50,589 nucleotides of DNA from Gemmatimonadaceae bacterium (lineage in GTDB: Bacteria > Gemmatimonadota > Gemmatimonadetes > Gemmatimonadales > Gemmatimonadaceae). The notes under the pieces are model-generated. The model had not been told where the DNA came from, searched no databases, and saw only the letters and a program-made list of their open reading frames with translations. Location of the stretch: the NCBI GenBank assembly GCA_033763905.1, contig JANRJP010000061.1, positions 1 to 50,589 on the forward strand. Reading direction: 5' to 3'. Shown here one piece after another: positions 8,962 through 18,362 of the stretch. How positions within the stretch are numbered: the first letter of the stretch is position 1; every line of letters begins with the position of its first letter. The translations under genes were made by a program, and so were the position numbers.

Positions 8962-10608
8962 ATGACGCCGAACGAAGCCGCAGGTCCGGTGGGCGAAGTC
9001 GTGTACGACGGCGCCGGTGCGGCGCCGATGGCGAACGACGGCGATCAGCCGGGCGGTCTGGGCTGCGCCCCCTCGGGGCGCGCGCTCCCGGTGGTCGACA
9101 GCGCGCAGATCAACGTCGCCGCCACGCAGGGAGATGGCGTCGGGTGCCACGCCGGCCGCGACGAGATGATGGCGGCGGCCAAGGCCGCCGGAAAGTCCGA
9201 AGTCCTCGAGCGCTACGAGGCCGATTATCCGCGCGGTCCGCACGATCAGCCGCAGTCGATGTGCCCGGCCTTCGGCTCGCTCCGCGTCGGGCTGCGGATG
9301 CGCCGCACGGGCACGATCCTGTCGGGCTCGGCCTGCTGCGTGTACGGGCTCACCTTCACGAGCCATTTCTACGGCGCACGCCGCACGGTCGGCTACGTGC
9401 CGTTCAACTCCGAGACGCTCGTCACCGGTCAGCTCTTCGAGGACATCCGCGACGCGGTGTTCAAGATGGCCGACCCCGATCGCTACGACGCGATCGTGAT
9501 CACGAATCTCTGCGTGCCCACGGCCTCGGGCGTGCCGCTGCAGATTCTGCCCAAGGAAATCAACGGCGTCCGCATCATCGGCATCGACGTGCCCGGCTTC
9601 GGTGTGCCGACGCACGCGGAAGCCAAGGACGTGCTCGCCGGCGCGATGCTCAAGTACGCCCGCACCGAAGCGGAGCAGGGCCCGGTCGCTCGGCCGCGCA
9701 CGGCCAAGGCGGCGAAGCCCACGGTGACGCTCGTCGGCGAGATGTTCCCGGCCGACCCGGTCGGCATCGGGATGATGCTCGATATGCTCGACCTCGCGGC
9801 GGGACCGGTGGTGCCGACGCGCGAGTGGCGCGAGCTCTACGCGGCGCTCGACTGCGTCGGCGTGGCGGCGATTCATCCGTTCTACACGGCATCGTTCCGC
9901 GAATTCGAGTTCGCGGGTCGGCCGATTGTCGGCTCGGCCCCGGTGGGCTACGAAGGGACGGCCGCCTGGCTCGAGAGCATCGGCACGATGGCCAACGTGC
10001 CCGCCGAGAAGGTGCAGGCGGCGCAGCAGAAGTTGCTGCCGGCGATCAAGGGCGCGTTGTCGAAGATGCCGATCAAGGGACGCATCACGATGTCGGGCTA
10101 CGAGGGCTCGGAGCTGCTCGTCGCGCGACTGTTGGTCGAGAGCGGAGCCGACGTGCGCTACGTGGGCACCGCCTGTCCGCGCACGCCGTACTCCGAGGCC
10201 GATCGCGAATGGTTGGCGTCGAAGGGCGTGCACGTGACGTATCGCGCCTCGCTCGAGCAGGACCTCGCGGCGATGCACGAGTTCAAGCCGGATCTGGCCA
10301 TCGGCACGACGCCGGTGGTGCAGAAGGCCAAGGAACTCACGATTCCGGCGTTGTACTTCACGAACCTCATCTCGGCGCGTCCGCTGATGGGGCCGGCCGG
10401 TGCAGGGTCGTTGGCGCAGGTGGTGAATGCGGCGATGGGCAACAAGCGCCGCTTCGACGAAATGAAGGCGTTCTTCGGCGAGGTCGGCCACGGCGTCAAC
10501 GCGGGCGTTTGGGAAGACACGCCCGAAGACAAGCCGGAATTCCGTGAGCACTACAAGCGGCACATCGCCAAGATGGCGAAGAAGCGTGCCGCCGAGGCGA
10601 TGATCTGA
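8962..10608 (+). CDS. bchY: Chlorophyllide a reductase subunit Y
   Basis: [28 protein letters not shown] and [13 protein letters not shown]. Start placed at ATG 8962, just after the bchX stop. Confidence 0.95.
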   Translation: MTPNEAAGPVGEVVYDGAGAAPMANDGDQPGGLGCAPSGRALPVVDSAQINVAATQGDGVGCHAGRDEMMAAAKAAGKSEVLERYEADYPRGPHDQPQSMCPAFGSLRVGLRMRRTGTILSGSACCVYGLTFTSHFYGARRTVGYVPFNSETLVTGQLFEDIRDAVFKMADPDRYDAIVITNLCVPTASGVPLQILPKEINGVRIIGIDVPGFGVPTHAEAKDVLAGAMLKYARTEAEQGPVARPRTAKAAKPTVTLVGEMFPADPVGIGMMLDMLDLAAGPVVPTREWRELYAALDCVGVAAIHPFYTASFREFEFAGRPIVGSAPVGYEGTAAWLESIGTMANVPAEKVQAAQQKLLPAIKGALSKMPIKGRITMSGYEGSELLVARLLVESGADVRYVGTACPRTPYSEADREWLASKGVHVTYRASLEQDLAAMHEFKPDLAIGTTPVVQKAKELTIPALYFTNLISARPLMGPAGAGSLAQVVNAAMGNKRRFDEMKAFFGEVGHGVNAGVWEDTPEDKPEFREHYKRHIAKMAKKRAAEAMI

Positions 10609-12065
10609 TGACGCTGATCCTCGATCTCGATCGCGCCGGTGGCTACTGGGGGGCGGTGTACGCCTTCACCGCGATCAAGGGGATGCAGGTGGTGATCGAC
10701 GGCCCGGTGGGCTGCGAAAACCTGCCGGTGACGTCGGTGCTGCATTACACCGATGCGCTGCCGCCGCACGAATTGCCGATTGTGGTCACGGGGCTCGGTG
10801 AAGAAGAACTCGGACAGACCGGCACCGAAGGCGCGATGCGTCGGGCGCACAAGACGCTCGACCCCGAGTTGCCGGCGGTGGTGGTGACCGGCTCGATCGC
10901 CGAGATGATCGGTGGCGGCGTGACGCCCGAAGGCACCAACATCCAGCGCTTCCTGCCGCGCACGATCGACGAAGATCAGTGGCAGGCGGCGAATCGTGCG
11001 ATCTACTGGCTGTGGACCGAGTACGGCCTCAAGAAGGGCGTGCGTCCCGAGCCGAAGCCGCGCGAGCCCGGCGCCAAGCCGCGCGTGAATCTGATCGGCC
11101 CGATGTACGGCTACTTCAACACCTGGTCGGATCTCGCGGAGATCCGGCGCTTGGTGGAAGGCATCGGCGCCGAGATCAATATGGTGTTCCCCTTGGGGAG
11201 CCACCTGCAGGATGTGCCGCGGCTGGTGGACGCCGATGTGAACATCTGCATGTACCGCGAGTTCGGACGGATGCTGTGCGAGGATCTGGGCGTGCCGTAT
11301 CTGCAGGCGCCGATCGGGCTGCACAGCACGACCAAGTTCCTGCGCAAGCTCGGTGAGCTGCTGGGCCTGGACCCCGAACCGTTCATCGAGCGCGAGAAGC
11401 ACACGACGATCAAGCCGCTGTGGGATCTGTGGCGGTCGGTGACGCAGGATTTCTTCGGCACGGCGTCGTTCGCGATCGTGGCGAACGAGACCTACGCGCG
11501 TGGGGTCCGCCATTTCCTCGAGGAGGAGATGGGGATGCCGTGCACGTTCTCGTTTGCGCGTCGTCCGGGGGTGAAGCCCGACAACGACGCGGTGCGGGCC
11601 GCAATCAAGGAGAAGCCCCCACTGATCCTGTTCGGCTCGTACAACGAGCGGATGTATCTGGCGGAGCTGGGCGGGCGGTCGATGTACATCCCCGCGTCGT
11701 TCCCCGGCGCGATCGTGCGTCGCCACACCGGGACGCCGTTTATGGGCTACGCCGGGGCGACCTACATCATCCAAGAAGTCTGCAATCAGCTGTTTGACGC
11801 GCTGTTTTTCATCCTGCCGCTGGGCACCGAGCTCGACAAGATCGACGCGACGCCGAGCCGGCTGCACGAGGAAATGCCCTGGTCGGACGAGGCCAAGGCG
11901 GCCTTGGACGAGCTGTGTGAGACGTACCCGGTACTGATCCGCATTTCGGTGGCGAAGCGGCTCCGGGACGCGGCCGAGAAGGACGCGCGGGAACTCGGGG
12001 ATCCGGTGGTGACCCGGGATCACGTGCTGGCGAGCCGCCGGGCGGTGTCGGGGGCCAATGCCTGA
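10608..12065 (+). CDS. bchZ: Chlorophyllide a reductase subunit Z
   Basis: [22 protein letters not shown] and [11 protein letters not shown], plus a C-terminal PCP-red-like domain. TGATG coupling to bchY. Confidence 0.96.
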   Translation: MTLILDLDRAGGYWGAVYAFTAIKGMQVVIDGPVGCENLPVTSVLHYTDALPPHELPIVVTGLGEEELGQTGTEGAMRRAHKTLDPELPAVVVTGSIAEMIGGGVTPEGTNIQRFLPRTIDEDQWQAANRAIYWLWTEYGLKKGVRPEPKPREPGAKPRVNLIGPMYGYFNTWSDLAEIRRLVEGIGAEINMVFPLGSHLQDVPRLVDADVNICMYREFGRMLCEDLGVPYLQAPIGLHSTTKFLRKLGELLGLDPEPFIEREKHTTIKPLWDLWRSVTQDFFGTASFAIVANETYARGVRHFLEEEMGMPCTFSFARRPGVKPDNDAVRAAIKEKPPLILFGSYNERMYLAELGGRSMYIPASFPGAIVRRHTGTPFMGYAGATYIIQEVCNQLFDALFFILPLGTELDKIDATPSRLHEEMPWSDEAKAALDELCETYPVLIRISVAKRLRDAAEKDARELGDPVVTRDHVLASRRAVSGANA

Positions 12066-12301
12066 TCGAAACTCGGGATTCGGGGGCGGCGTTCAGCTGA
12101 TTGCGCGAGGCCCTCTGGCGGAATCCCTCAGAAGTGGCAGAATAGAGTGTTGTGAGCTAGCACACGTGTTTGCAGTGAAGCCCTGTACGCGTCATCGCGC
12201 GATGCGCGAGCGCTGAGAGTTGCGGCACCCGGGCGTCGTGCACACCTGCACGCGCTCCCCACACCCGCGGGGGCCAACGCGGGGATTCACTAGGAGACAT
12301 T

Positions 12302-12442
12302 ATGTCGGATAACAAGAACGGCGGTATGGGTGAAGAGGAGGCGCGGATGTTCCACGGCTACTTCATCGTCGGGACGGCGGTCTACGTCGGCACGGCGATC
12401 GTGGCGCACCTCCTTGCGTGGTCCTGGCGTCCCTGGTTCTGA
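12302..12442 (+). CDS. pufB: Light-harvesting antenna beta polypeptide (46 aa; not in ORF track)
   Basis: Translation MSDNKNGGMGEEEARMFHGYFIVGTAVYVGTAIVAHLLAWSWRPWF carries the beta-chain signature EA..FH...AH.L.W.WRPW. RBS AGGAG at 12292-12296. Confidence 0.96.
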   Translation: MSDNKNGGMGEEEARMFHGYFIVGTAVYVGTAIVAHLLAWSWRPWF

Positions 12443-12474
12443 GCTGACGGTCCACCCACACCAACGAGGTATTC

Positions 12475-12642
12475 ATGTACAGAATCTGGATCGGGCTTGA
12501 GCCGCGGATGATTATGTCCCTGCTGGGGACGGCGCTGTCGGCCATGTGTCTCGTGATCCACCTGTTCGCGTTCGATGTGCTCGGGTATCCGAAGAACGCG
12601 AAGATGAAGTGGAATCCCCCCGCTTCCGCCCAGGGGCGATAG
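12475..12642 (+). CDS. pufA: Light-harvesting alpha polypeptide, outer-ring (LHh) type (55 aa; not in ORF track)
   Basis: Translation MYRIWIGLEPRMIMSLLGTALSAMCLVIHLFAFDVLGYPKNAKMKWNPPASAQGR has the alpha-type M.RIW....P start, a TM helix and BChl-ligand His29. RBS GAGG lies upstream. The LHh assignment is from recalled similarity to G. phototrophica. Confidence 0.88.
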   Translation: MYRIWIGLEPRMIMSLLGTALSAMCLVIHLFAFDVLGYPKNAKMKWNPPASAQGR

Positions 12643-12651
12643 GAGGCCACC

Positions 12652-12864
12652 GTGCATCGCTTGTGGATGGCCTTCGACCCGCGCCGGGTGCTCGTCGCGA
12701 TGACTGGGTTTCTGGGCGTTCTTGCCCTGCTGATCCATTTCATCTTGCTGAGCAGCACGCGGTACTCGTGGATCGAGAACGGTACGCTCTCGCCTGACCA
12801 GCTGGCTCCGGCCGGTGCGTCGGCGCCGGCGGCCGAGATGGCTCCGCTGCCCCCCGGGCAGTAA
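12652..12864 (+). CDS. pufA: Light-harvesting LH1 alpha polypeptide with C-terminal extension
   Basis: [16 protein letters not shown]...[17 protein letters not shown] is a canonical LH1 alpha. RBS AGGAGG at 12641-12646; GTG start; Ala/Pro tail ending EMAPLPPGQ. Confidence 0.95.
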   Translation: MHRLWMAFDPRRVLVAMTGFLGVLALLIHFILLSSTRYSWIENGTLSPDQLAPAGASAPAAEMAPLPPGQ

Positions 12865-12892
12865 GCCGCAGCTGTAAGCCGTAGCGTAAGTT

Positions 12893-12954
12893 TCACGCCC
12901 GACGGGCGTCGGTGACCCAAACGGGTGCCGCACGCCGACGTCCGGCGGTCGTGA
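12893..12954 (+). terminator. pufA-pufL intercistronic stem-loop (putative mRNA decay barrier or attenuator)
   Basis: Nested pairings TCACG/CGTGA, GGGCGTCGG/CCGACGTCC and ACCC/GGGT, read by eye. Confidence 0.5.
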
Positions 12955-13013
12955 TCGCAGAATCGCAGCAGTGAACCATCGGCGCAGATGCGCCACCCCC
13001 ATCGGAGTGCCTC

Positions 13014-13841
13014 ATGGCCTTGATGAGTTTTGAACGGAAGTACCGGGTTCGCGGCGGGACGCTGATCGGCGGAGATCTCTTCGATTTCTGGTTCGGTCCG
13101 TTCTACGTCGGCTTTTTTGGCGTCACCACCATCATCTGCGCGACCTTGGGGACGCTGCTGTTGGTGTGGGGCGCGGCGATCGGCCCGACCTGGAACCTCT
13201 GGCAGATCAACATTGCCCCCCCGGATCTCAAGTACGGGCTCGGGCTCGCCCCGCTACGCGAGGGCGGACTCTGGCAGCTCGTCACGATGTGCGCGCTCGG
13301 CGCCTTCGGCAGCTGGGTGCTGCGGCAGGCCGAGATCTCGCGCAAGCTCGGGATGGGAATGCACGTGCCGTGGGCGTACAGTGCCGCCGTGCTCGCGTAT
13401 GCGACGCTGGTGGTGATCCGACCGGTGATGCTCGGGGCTTGGGGCCACGGCTTCCCGTACGGGATCTTCTCGCATCTGGATTGGGTGTCGAACGTGGGGT
13501 ACCAGTACCTCCACTTCCACTACAATCCCGCGCACATGATCGCGATCACGTTCTTCTTCACGAACTGCCTCGCGCTCGCGATGCACGGTTCGCTGATCCT
13601 CTCGGTGACGAATCCCAAGAAGGGTGAGCCGGTGAAGACGTCGGAACACGAAAACGTGTTCTTCCGCGACTTGGTGGGCTACTCGATCGGGGCGCTCGGT
13701 ATCCACCGCCTCGGGACCTTCCTCGCGATGAGCGCCGGCATCTGGTCGGCAATCTGCATCGTGATCAGCGGCCCCTTCTGGTCCAAGCCGTGGCCGGAGT
13801 GGTGGAACTGGTGGCTCAACCTCCCCATCTGGGGCAAGTGA
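13014..13841 (+). CDS. pufL: Photosynthetic reaction centre L subunit
   Basis: [35 protein letters not shown] and MHGSLILS. Confidence 0.99.
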   Translation: MALMSFERKYRVRGGTLIGGDLFDFWFGPFYVGFFGVTTIICATLGTLLLVWGAAIGPTWNLWQINIAPPDLKYGLGLAPLREGGLWQLVTMCALGAFGSWVLRQAEISRKLGMGMHVPWAYSAAVLAYATLVVIRPVMLGAWGHGFPYGIFSHLDWVSNVGYQYLHFHYNPAHMIAITFFFTNCLALAMHGSLILSVTNPKKGEPVKTSEHENVFFRDLVGYSIGALGIHRLGTFLAMSAGIWSAICIVISGPFWSKPWPEWWNWWLNLPIWGK

Positions 13842-13851
13842 GGACGACCTG

Positions 13852-15018
13852 ATGCTGGAATACCAGAACCTCTTCACTCGCGTCCAGGTCCGGACTCAGC
13901 CCGAACCCGGCCTGCCGATCGAAGATTCGCTCTCGGGGATGAACCGCTTCGGCAAGGGCGGATTCGGCATCCTCGGGTACATCGCCGGCAAGTTCGGCGA
14001 CGCGCAGATCGGCCCGGTCTACCTGGGCACCCTTGGCGTCCTCTCGGCGATGTGCTTCTTCATCGCCTTCGAGATCGTCGGCCTCAATATGTGGGCGTCG
14101 GTCGGGTGGGACCCGGTCGAGTTCGTCCGCCGCTTGCCCTGGCTCGCGCTCGAGCCGCCGCCACCGCAGTACGGCCTCAAGATTCCGCCCCTCAATCAGG
14201 GCGGCTGGTATCTGATGGCCGGCTTCTTCCTCACGATGAGCATTCTGCTCTGGTGGGGCCGCACCTACCGCCGCGCCCGCGCCCTCGGCATGGGGACGCA
14301 CCTGCCGTGGGCCTTCGCCTCGGCGATCTTCCTCTACTCGACGTTCTACTTCCAGCCGCTGATCGTCGGCTCGTGGAGCGAAATGGTCCCGATGGGGATC
14401 TTCCCGCACCTCGACTGGACGTCGGCCTTCTCGATCCGGTACGGGAACCTCTACTACAACCCGTTCCACGCGCTCTCGATCGTCTTCCTGTACGGCAGCG
14501 CGATTCTCTTCGCGATGCACGGCGCGACGATCCTGGCCGTCGCCCGCCTGGGCGGTGAGCGCGAAATCGAGCAGATCACCGACCGCGGCACCGCGGCGGA
14601 GCGCGCCGCGCTCTTCTGGCGCTGGTGTATGGGCTGGAACGCCACGATGGAGTCGATTCACCGCTGGGCCTGGTGGTTCGCGGTGCTCACGACCTTCACC
14701 GGCGGCATCGGCATCCTGCTCACGGGCACGGTCGTCGACAACTGGTACCTGTGGGGCGTGAAGCACGGGCTCGTCGCGCCGTACCCGGCGCAGAACGTGC
14801 TCACCGACGAACAGAAGCTGCAGCTCCGCGGTCGCTATCAGGGCACCTCGCCCGACAGCTTCCCGATGTACAACGTGCCGGTCACGCCGTCGGCTGCTCC
14901 CACCGGGGCGGACGCCACGGTGCCGATGGTACCGGCGGACAGTGCGGCGGCTCCGGCCGCCGCACCGGCGGCCACGCCGCCGGCAACGACGACTCCCCCC
15001 GCCGGAGGGGCCCGCTGA
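13852..15018 (+). CDS. pufM: Photosynthetic reaction centre M subunit with long C-terminal extension
   Basis: [34 protein letters not shown] and [10 protein letters not shown], followed by about 80 extra C-terminal residues. Confidence 0.99.
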   Translation: MLEYQNLFTRVQVRTQPEPGLPIEDSLSGMNRFGKGGFGILGYIAGKFGDAQIGPVYLGTLGVLSAMCFFIAFEIVGLNMWASVGWDPVEFVRRLPWLALEPPPPQYGLKIPPLNQGGWYLMAGFFLTMSILLWWGRTYRRARALGMGTHLPWAFASAIFLYSTFYFQPLIVGSWSEMVPMGIFPHLDWTSAFSIRYGNLYYNPFHALSIVFLYGSAILFAMHGATILAVARLGGEREIEQITDRGTAAERAALFWRWCMGWNATMESIHRWAWWFAVLTTFTGGIGILLTGTVVDNWYLWGVKHGLVAPYPAQNVLTDEQKLQLRGRYQGTSPDSFPMYNVPVTPSAAPTGADATVPMVPADSAAAPAAAPAATPPATTTPPAGGAR

Positions 15019-16076
15019 TGCCGCTGTCCCGTTTCGTTCTCCGTGGCGCCGCCCTCGCGGTCGTCGCCACCACCCTCGCCGGCTGCGACTTCTTCGGAAC
15101 CGAGAAGCGCGTCACCGTGCAGAAGGGCTACCGTGGCACCGGGATGGAGCACACCGTGAAGGAGGCCACCGTGATGGCCGACTTCAAGGCGACGAACATC
15201 CCCGAGCCGGTGCCGGCCGCTGGGCCGATGCCGCCGGGCCCGCTCCCGTGGAAGAACGTGCAGGTCCTCAATGACATCTCGGTCGCCGAGTTCAATCGGA
15301 CGATGATCGCGATGTCCACCTGGGTGGCCGGCACGGGCAACTGCGCGTACTGCCACAACGTCGTCAACTTCGCGAGCGACACCGCCAATAACGGCCAGCC
15401 GCTCTACACGAAGCTCGTCGCGCGCCGGATGCTCCAGATGACCCGGCACATCAACGGCCAGTACGCGAGCCACGTCGCCAACACCGGCGTGACCTGCTAC
15501 ACCTGCCACCGCGGCAAGCCGGTGCCGAATGGCCTCTGGTTCTTCGAAGACGCCAATCAGTACCAGCGGCACTACCTCGATCGCGATGGCGCTCGCGTCA
15601 TCTCGACCGCGATGGCGCCGGGCAACGACAACCGCTCCAGCGTACGGCAGACGGAGTGGACGTATGCGCTGATGATCTCGATGTCGAATTCGCTCGGGGT
15701 CAACTGCACCTACTGCCACAACACGCGGCAGTTCGCCTCCTGGACCGAAGCCCCGCCGCAGCGCGTGAAGGCCTACGCCGGCATCGGGATGCTGCGCGAC
15801 GTGAACAACAACTTCCTCGCGCCGCTCCAGCCGGTGTATCCCAAGATCCGCCTTGGCCAGATGGGCGATGCCCCGAAGGCCCAGTGCCTGACCTGCCACC
15901 AGGGCGTCTACAAGCCGCTCTACGGGGCAAAGATGGCGAAGGACTACCCGGCCCTCTGGGGACGTCCGGACTGGAACGGCACGCCCTTCCCGGGCGCGTA
16001 CCAGCAGGCCGCGACCGATTCGACGCAGAGCGTGGCGGCCAATCCGGCTCCGGCCGCGACCGGCGGTCAGGACTGA
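15018..16076 (+). CDS. pufC: RC-bound tetraheme cytochrome c (lipoprotein)
   Basis: ATG 15018 overlaps the pufM stop. Lipobox LAGC and four CxxCH motifs (CAYCH, CYTCH, CTYCH, CLTCH). Confidence 0.96.
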   Translation: MPLSRFVLRGAALAVVATTLAGCDFFGTEKRVTVQKGYRGTGMEHTVKEATVMADFKATNIPEPVPAAGPMPPGPLPWKNVQVLNDISVAEFNRTMIAMSTWVAGTGNCAYCHNVVNFASDTANNGQPLYTKLVARRMLQMTRHINGQYASHVANTGVTCYTCHRGKPVPNGLWFFEDANQYQRHYLDRDGARVISTAMAPGNDNRSSVRQTEWTYALMISMSNSLGVNCTYCHNTRQFASWTEAPPQRVKAYAGIGMLRDVNNNFLAPLQPVYPKIRLGQMGDAPKAQCLTCHQGVYKPLYGAKMAKDYPALWGRPDWNGTPFPGAYQQAATDSTQSVAANPAPAATGGQD

Positions 16077-16088
16077 GGATGCAACCCT

Positions 16089-16166
16089 CGCGCGCCGCCT
16101 AGATGGCGCGCGGCGGAACAGACAGGGCGAAGGGCGCGTATCGCATCGGCGGTACGCGCCCTTCGC
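16089..16166 (+). terminator. Two GC-rich hairpins closing the puf operon
   Basis: CGCGCGCC/GGCGCGCG (16089-16112) and a perfect 14-bp inverted repeat GCGAAGGGCGCGTA/TACGCGCCCTTCGC (16127-16166). No U-tract. Confidence 0.55.
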
Positions 16167-16244
16167 ACATCCGGGGAACGACACGCGTCGGGAATTCCTT
16201 TACATTCCAAATTCCTCTCTGCACTCGCGCCCGAGCACCTGCGT

Positions 16245-16886
16245 ATGAGCACCCGTCGCCTTCCTGTCTATATCCTCGCCGACGTGTCCGGCTCGATGTC
16301 CGGCACGCCGATCGAGTCGGTCAAGAGCGGTATCCGCCAACTGCATCGCGATCTGATGAGCGATCCGCAGGCGATCGAAAGCGCCTACCTGTCGGTCATC
16401 ACGTTCAGCGACAGCGCGCAGCAGATGGTGCCCCTCACCGAAGTGGCGGGCTTCAATCCGCCGGATCTGCGCGCCAGCGGGCAGACCAACTTCGGCGATG
16501 GCCTGCGGGTGCTGCTCGACTGCTTCGATCGCGAAGTGGTCAAGACGACGCCCGATCAGAAGGGCGATTGGCGGCCGCTCGTTTTCGTGCTGTCCGACGG
16601 CGCACCGACCGATGTCGACTGGCCGACCTACGCGCAGCAGCTCCGCGACCGCCGGCCGGCGAACATCATCGCCGTCGCCTGCGGCGATCAGGCCGACGTC
16701 ACCGTGCTCAAGCAGATCACCGAGGCGGTGATCCAGATGCAGGATATGTCGCCCGACGCGTTCAAGGCGTTCTTCAAGTTCGTCTCGGCGTCGGTGAAGC
16801 AGACCTCGGCCAAGGTCGGCTCGGTCGCCGACGGGCAGGGCATCACGCTGCCGCCGCCTCCGCCGGGTATCACGATCGTTCCCTGA
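16245..16886 (+). CDS. terY: TerY-type vWA domain protein
   Basis: RRLPVYILADVSGSM (MIDAS DxSxS), DPQAIE, KGDWRPLVFVLSDG, FFKFVSAS and a Pro-rich tail (LPPPPPG) are typical of TerY. Confidence 0.88.
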   Translation: MSTRRLPVYILADVSGSMSGTPIESVKSGIRQLHRDLMSDPQAIESAYLSVITFSDSAQQMVPLTEVAGFNPPDLRASGQTNFGDGLRVLLDCFDREVVKTTPDQKGDWRPLVFVLSDGAPTDVDWPTYAQQLRDRRPANIIAVACGDQADVTVLKQITEAVIQMQDMSPDAFKAFFKFVSASVKQTSAKVGSVADGQGITLPPPPPGITIVP

Positions 16887-16898
16887 TCGGCGCTGCGC

Positions 16899-18326
16899 GT
16901 GCTGACTGCCCGCACCACCGACGGCACCTCGATCCAGTTCGAAGACTCGGCGCTCGGTTCGGGCGCCGAGAAGACCGTGTTCTGGTCGCGCGACCGCAAG
17001 CACGTGGTCGGGTTCTTCTACGGGAAGCTCAACGACCGCCGCGAACGCGCGGCGCGCTTGTCGCGCATCCTGACCAAGTACAACCCGACGACCGGCGCCA
17101 ACGGCGCGTACTGGCAGCCGTATTTCTGCTGGCCGAACGCGGTGATCGATGGCGATGCCGGCATTCCGGCGCGATTCGCACAAGCGCATTCGCTCGTGTG
17201 GCCACCGCTGGCCGTGGTAGCTCCCGCCTACCGCCCGGCCTTCTTCTTCACCGATCGCTTCGGCAACCGGCAGGAGAAGGAAGTAAAGTGGTTTACTGGA
17301 AAGAAGGCGCGAAAGTTCGTGCCCGATGCCGAGTTCGGTACGCTCCTGACGCGCCTGCAGGTCTGCACGCGCCTCGCGCGCGCCGTGCGGCGGATGCACT
17401 TCGCCGGGCTTGCGCACTCCGACCTCTCGAACAAGAACGTCTTGATCGATCCCCGGAGCGGCGACGCCTGCGTGATCGACATCGACTCGCTCGTGGTGCC
17501 GGGCGTGGCGCCGCCGACGGTCCTTGGGACGCCGGGATACATCGCCCCGGAAGTCCTGGGCGGCGGAGCGCAGCCGTCGATCGACACCGACAAGCACGCG
17601 CTGGCGGTGCTCATTTACCAGATCCTGCTCAACCGGCATCCGCTGCAGGGGCGCAAGGTGCACAGCACCCGCTCGGCGGAAGAAGACGAACAGCTGGCAA
17701 TGGGTCGGCGCGCGTTGTTCGTCGAGCATCCGAGCGACCGCACCAACCCCTCGGTCGATCCCATTCGCGTGCCGTTTGCCCGATTGGGCCCCTACCTGCA
17801 GCCCGTGTTCCTCAAGGCCTTCGTGGCGGGATTGCACGCGCCGTCGCAGCGTCCCGACGCGGCCGAATGGGAGAGTGCGCTGTATCGCACGCTCAACCTG
17901 CTGCACCCTACGCCCGATAGCCGCGACTGGATGGTCGTGGTGCCGGGCGAGCCGCTCACCGACCCGCACACCGGTGCCCGGCACGGCAAGCCGATTCCGT
18001 TCGCGCGCTATTTCGTGCCGAGTGAACCTGCGCCCAAGGACGAGCGGCAGTCATTGACGCTCTTTCACCATCTGCGGCTGCACGCCTGGCACACGCACAG
18101 CACCGTGCGGCCAGACGAGAACGCCGATCGCGAACCGCGCGGCTACTGCGCCCAGCACAACGGCGCGTACTGGTTGGTGAACATCAGCGACGATGCGTGG
18201 ACGGATCTCGGAGCGAACCGCCGCATCGGTCGCAACGAAGCGGTGGAGCTCACCTCGGGTCGGCGCATTCTGATGGGTGAGAGCGACGGCGCACGAATCC
18301 TCGAGATTCACTACGCGGCGCCCTGA
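16899..18326 (+). CDS. TerY-associated Ser/Thr protein kinase
   Basis: GSGAEK loop, catalytic loop HSDLSNKN, DID in place of DFG, GTPGYIAPE and D.HALAVLIYQILL. The C-terminus is beta-rich, possibly FHA-like. Confidence 0.85.
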   Translation: MLTARTTDGTSIQFEDSALGSGAEKTVFWSRDRKHVVGFFYGKLNDRRERAARLSRILTKYNPTTGANGAYWQPYFCWPNAVIDGDAGIPARFAQAHSLVWPPLAVVAPAYRPAFFFTDRFGNRQEKEVKWFTGKKARKFVPDAEFGTLLTRLQVCTRLARAVRRMHFAGLAHSDLSNKNVLIDPRSGDACVIDIDSLVVPGVAPPTVLGTPGYIAPEVLGGGAQPSIDTDKHALAVLIYQILLNRHPLQGRKVHSTRSAEEDEQLAMGRRALFVEHPSDRTNPSVDPIRVPFARLGPYLQPVFLKAFVAGLHAPSQRPDAAEWESALYRTLNLLHPTPDSRDWMVVVPGEPLTDPHTGARHGKPIPFARYFVPSEPAPKDERQSLTLFHHLRLHAWHTHSTVRPDENADREPRGYCAQHNGAYWLVNISDDAWTDLGANRRIGRNEAVELTSGRRILMGESDGARILEIHYAAP

Positions 18327-18362
18327 AGGCGGCGGGGCGCAACGGGTCGCGCCGCCGCGGGC

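Noticed and set aside
12148..12166. PpsR or CRP/FNR site upstream of pufB (TGTTGTGAGCTAGCACACG)
   Set aside because: TGT-to-ACA spacing is 11 rather than 12, and the second CRP half-site is poor.
12066..12301. pufQ or another small ORF between bchZ and pufB
   Set aside because: No ORF with an RBS or PufQ-like sequence was found; the region looks like a promoter/5' UTR.
14625..15017. Apparent N-terminal extension of PufC or a PufM-PufC fusion
   Set aside because: The genes are in different frames. pufM stops at 15018 and pufC starts at the overlapping ATG with its own lipoprotein signal.
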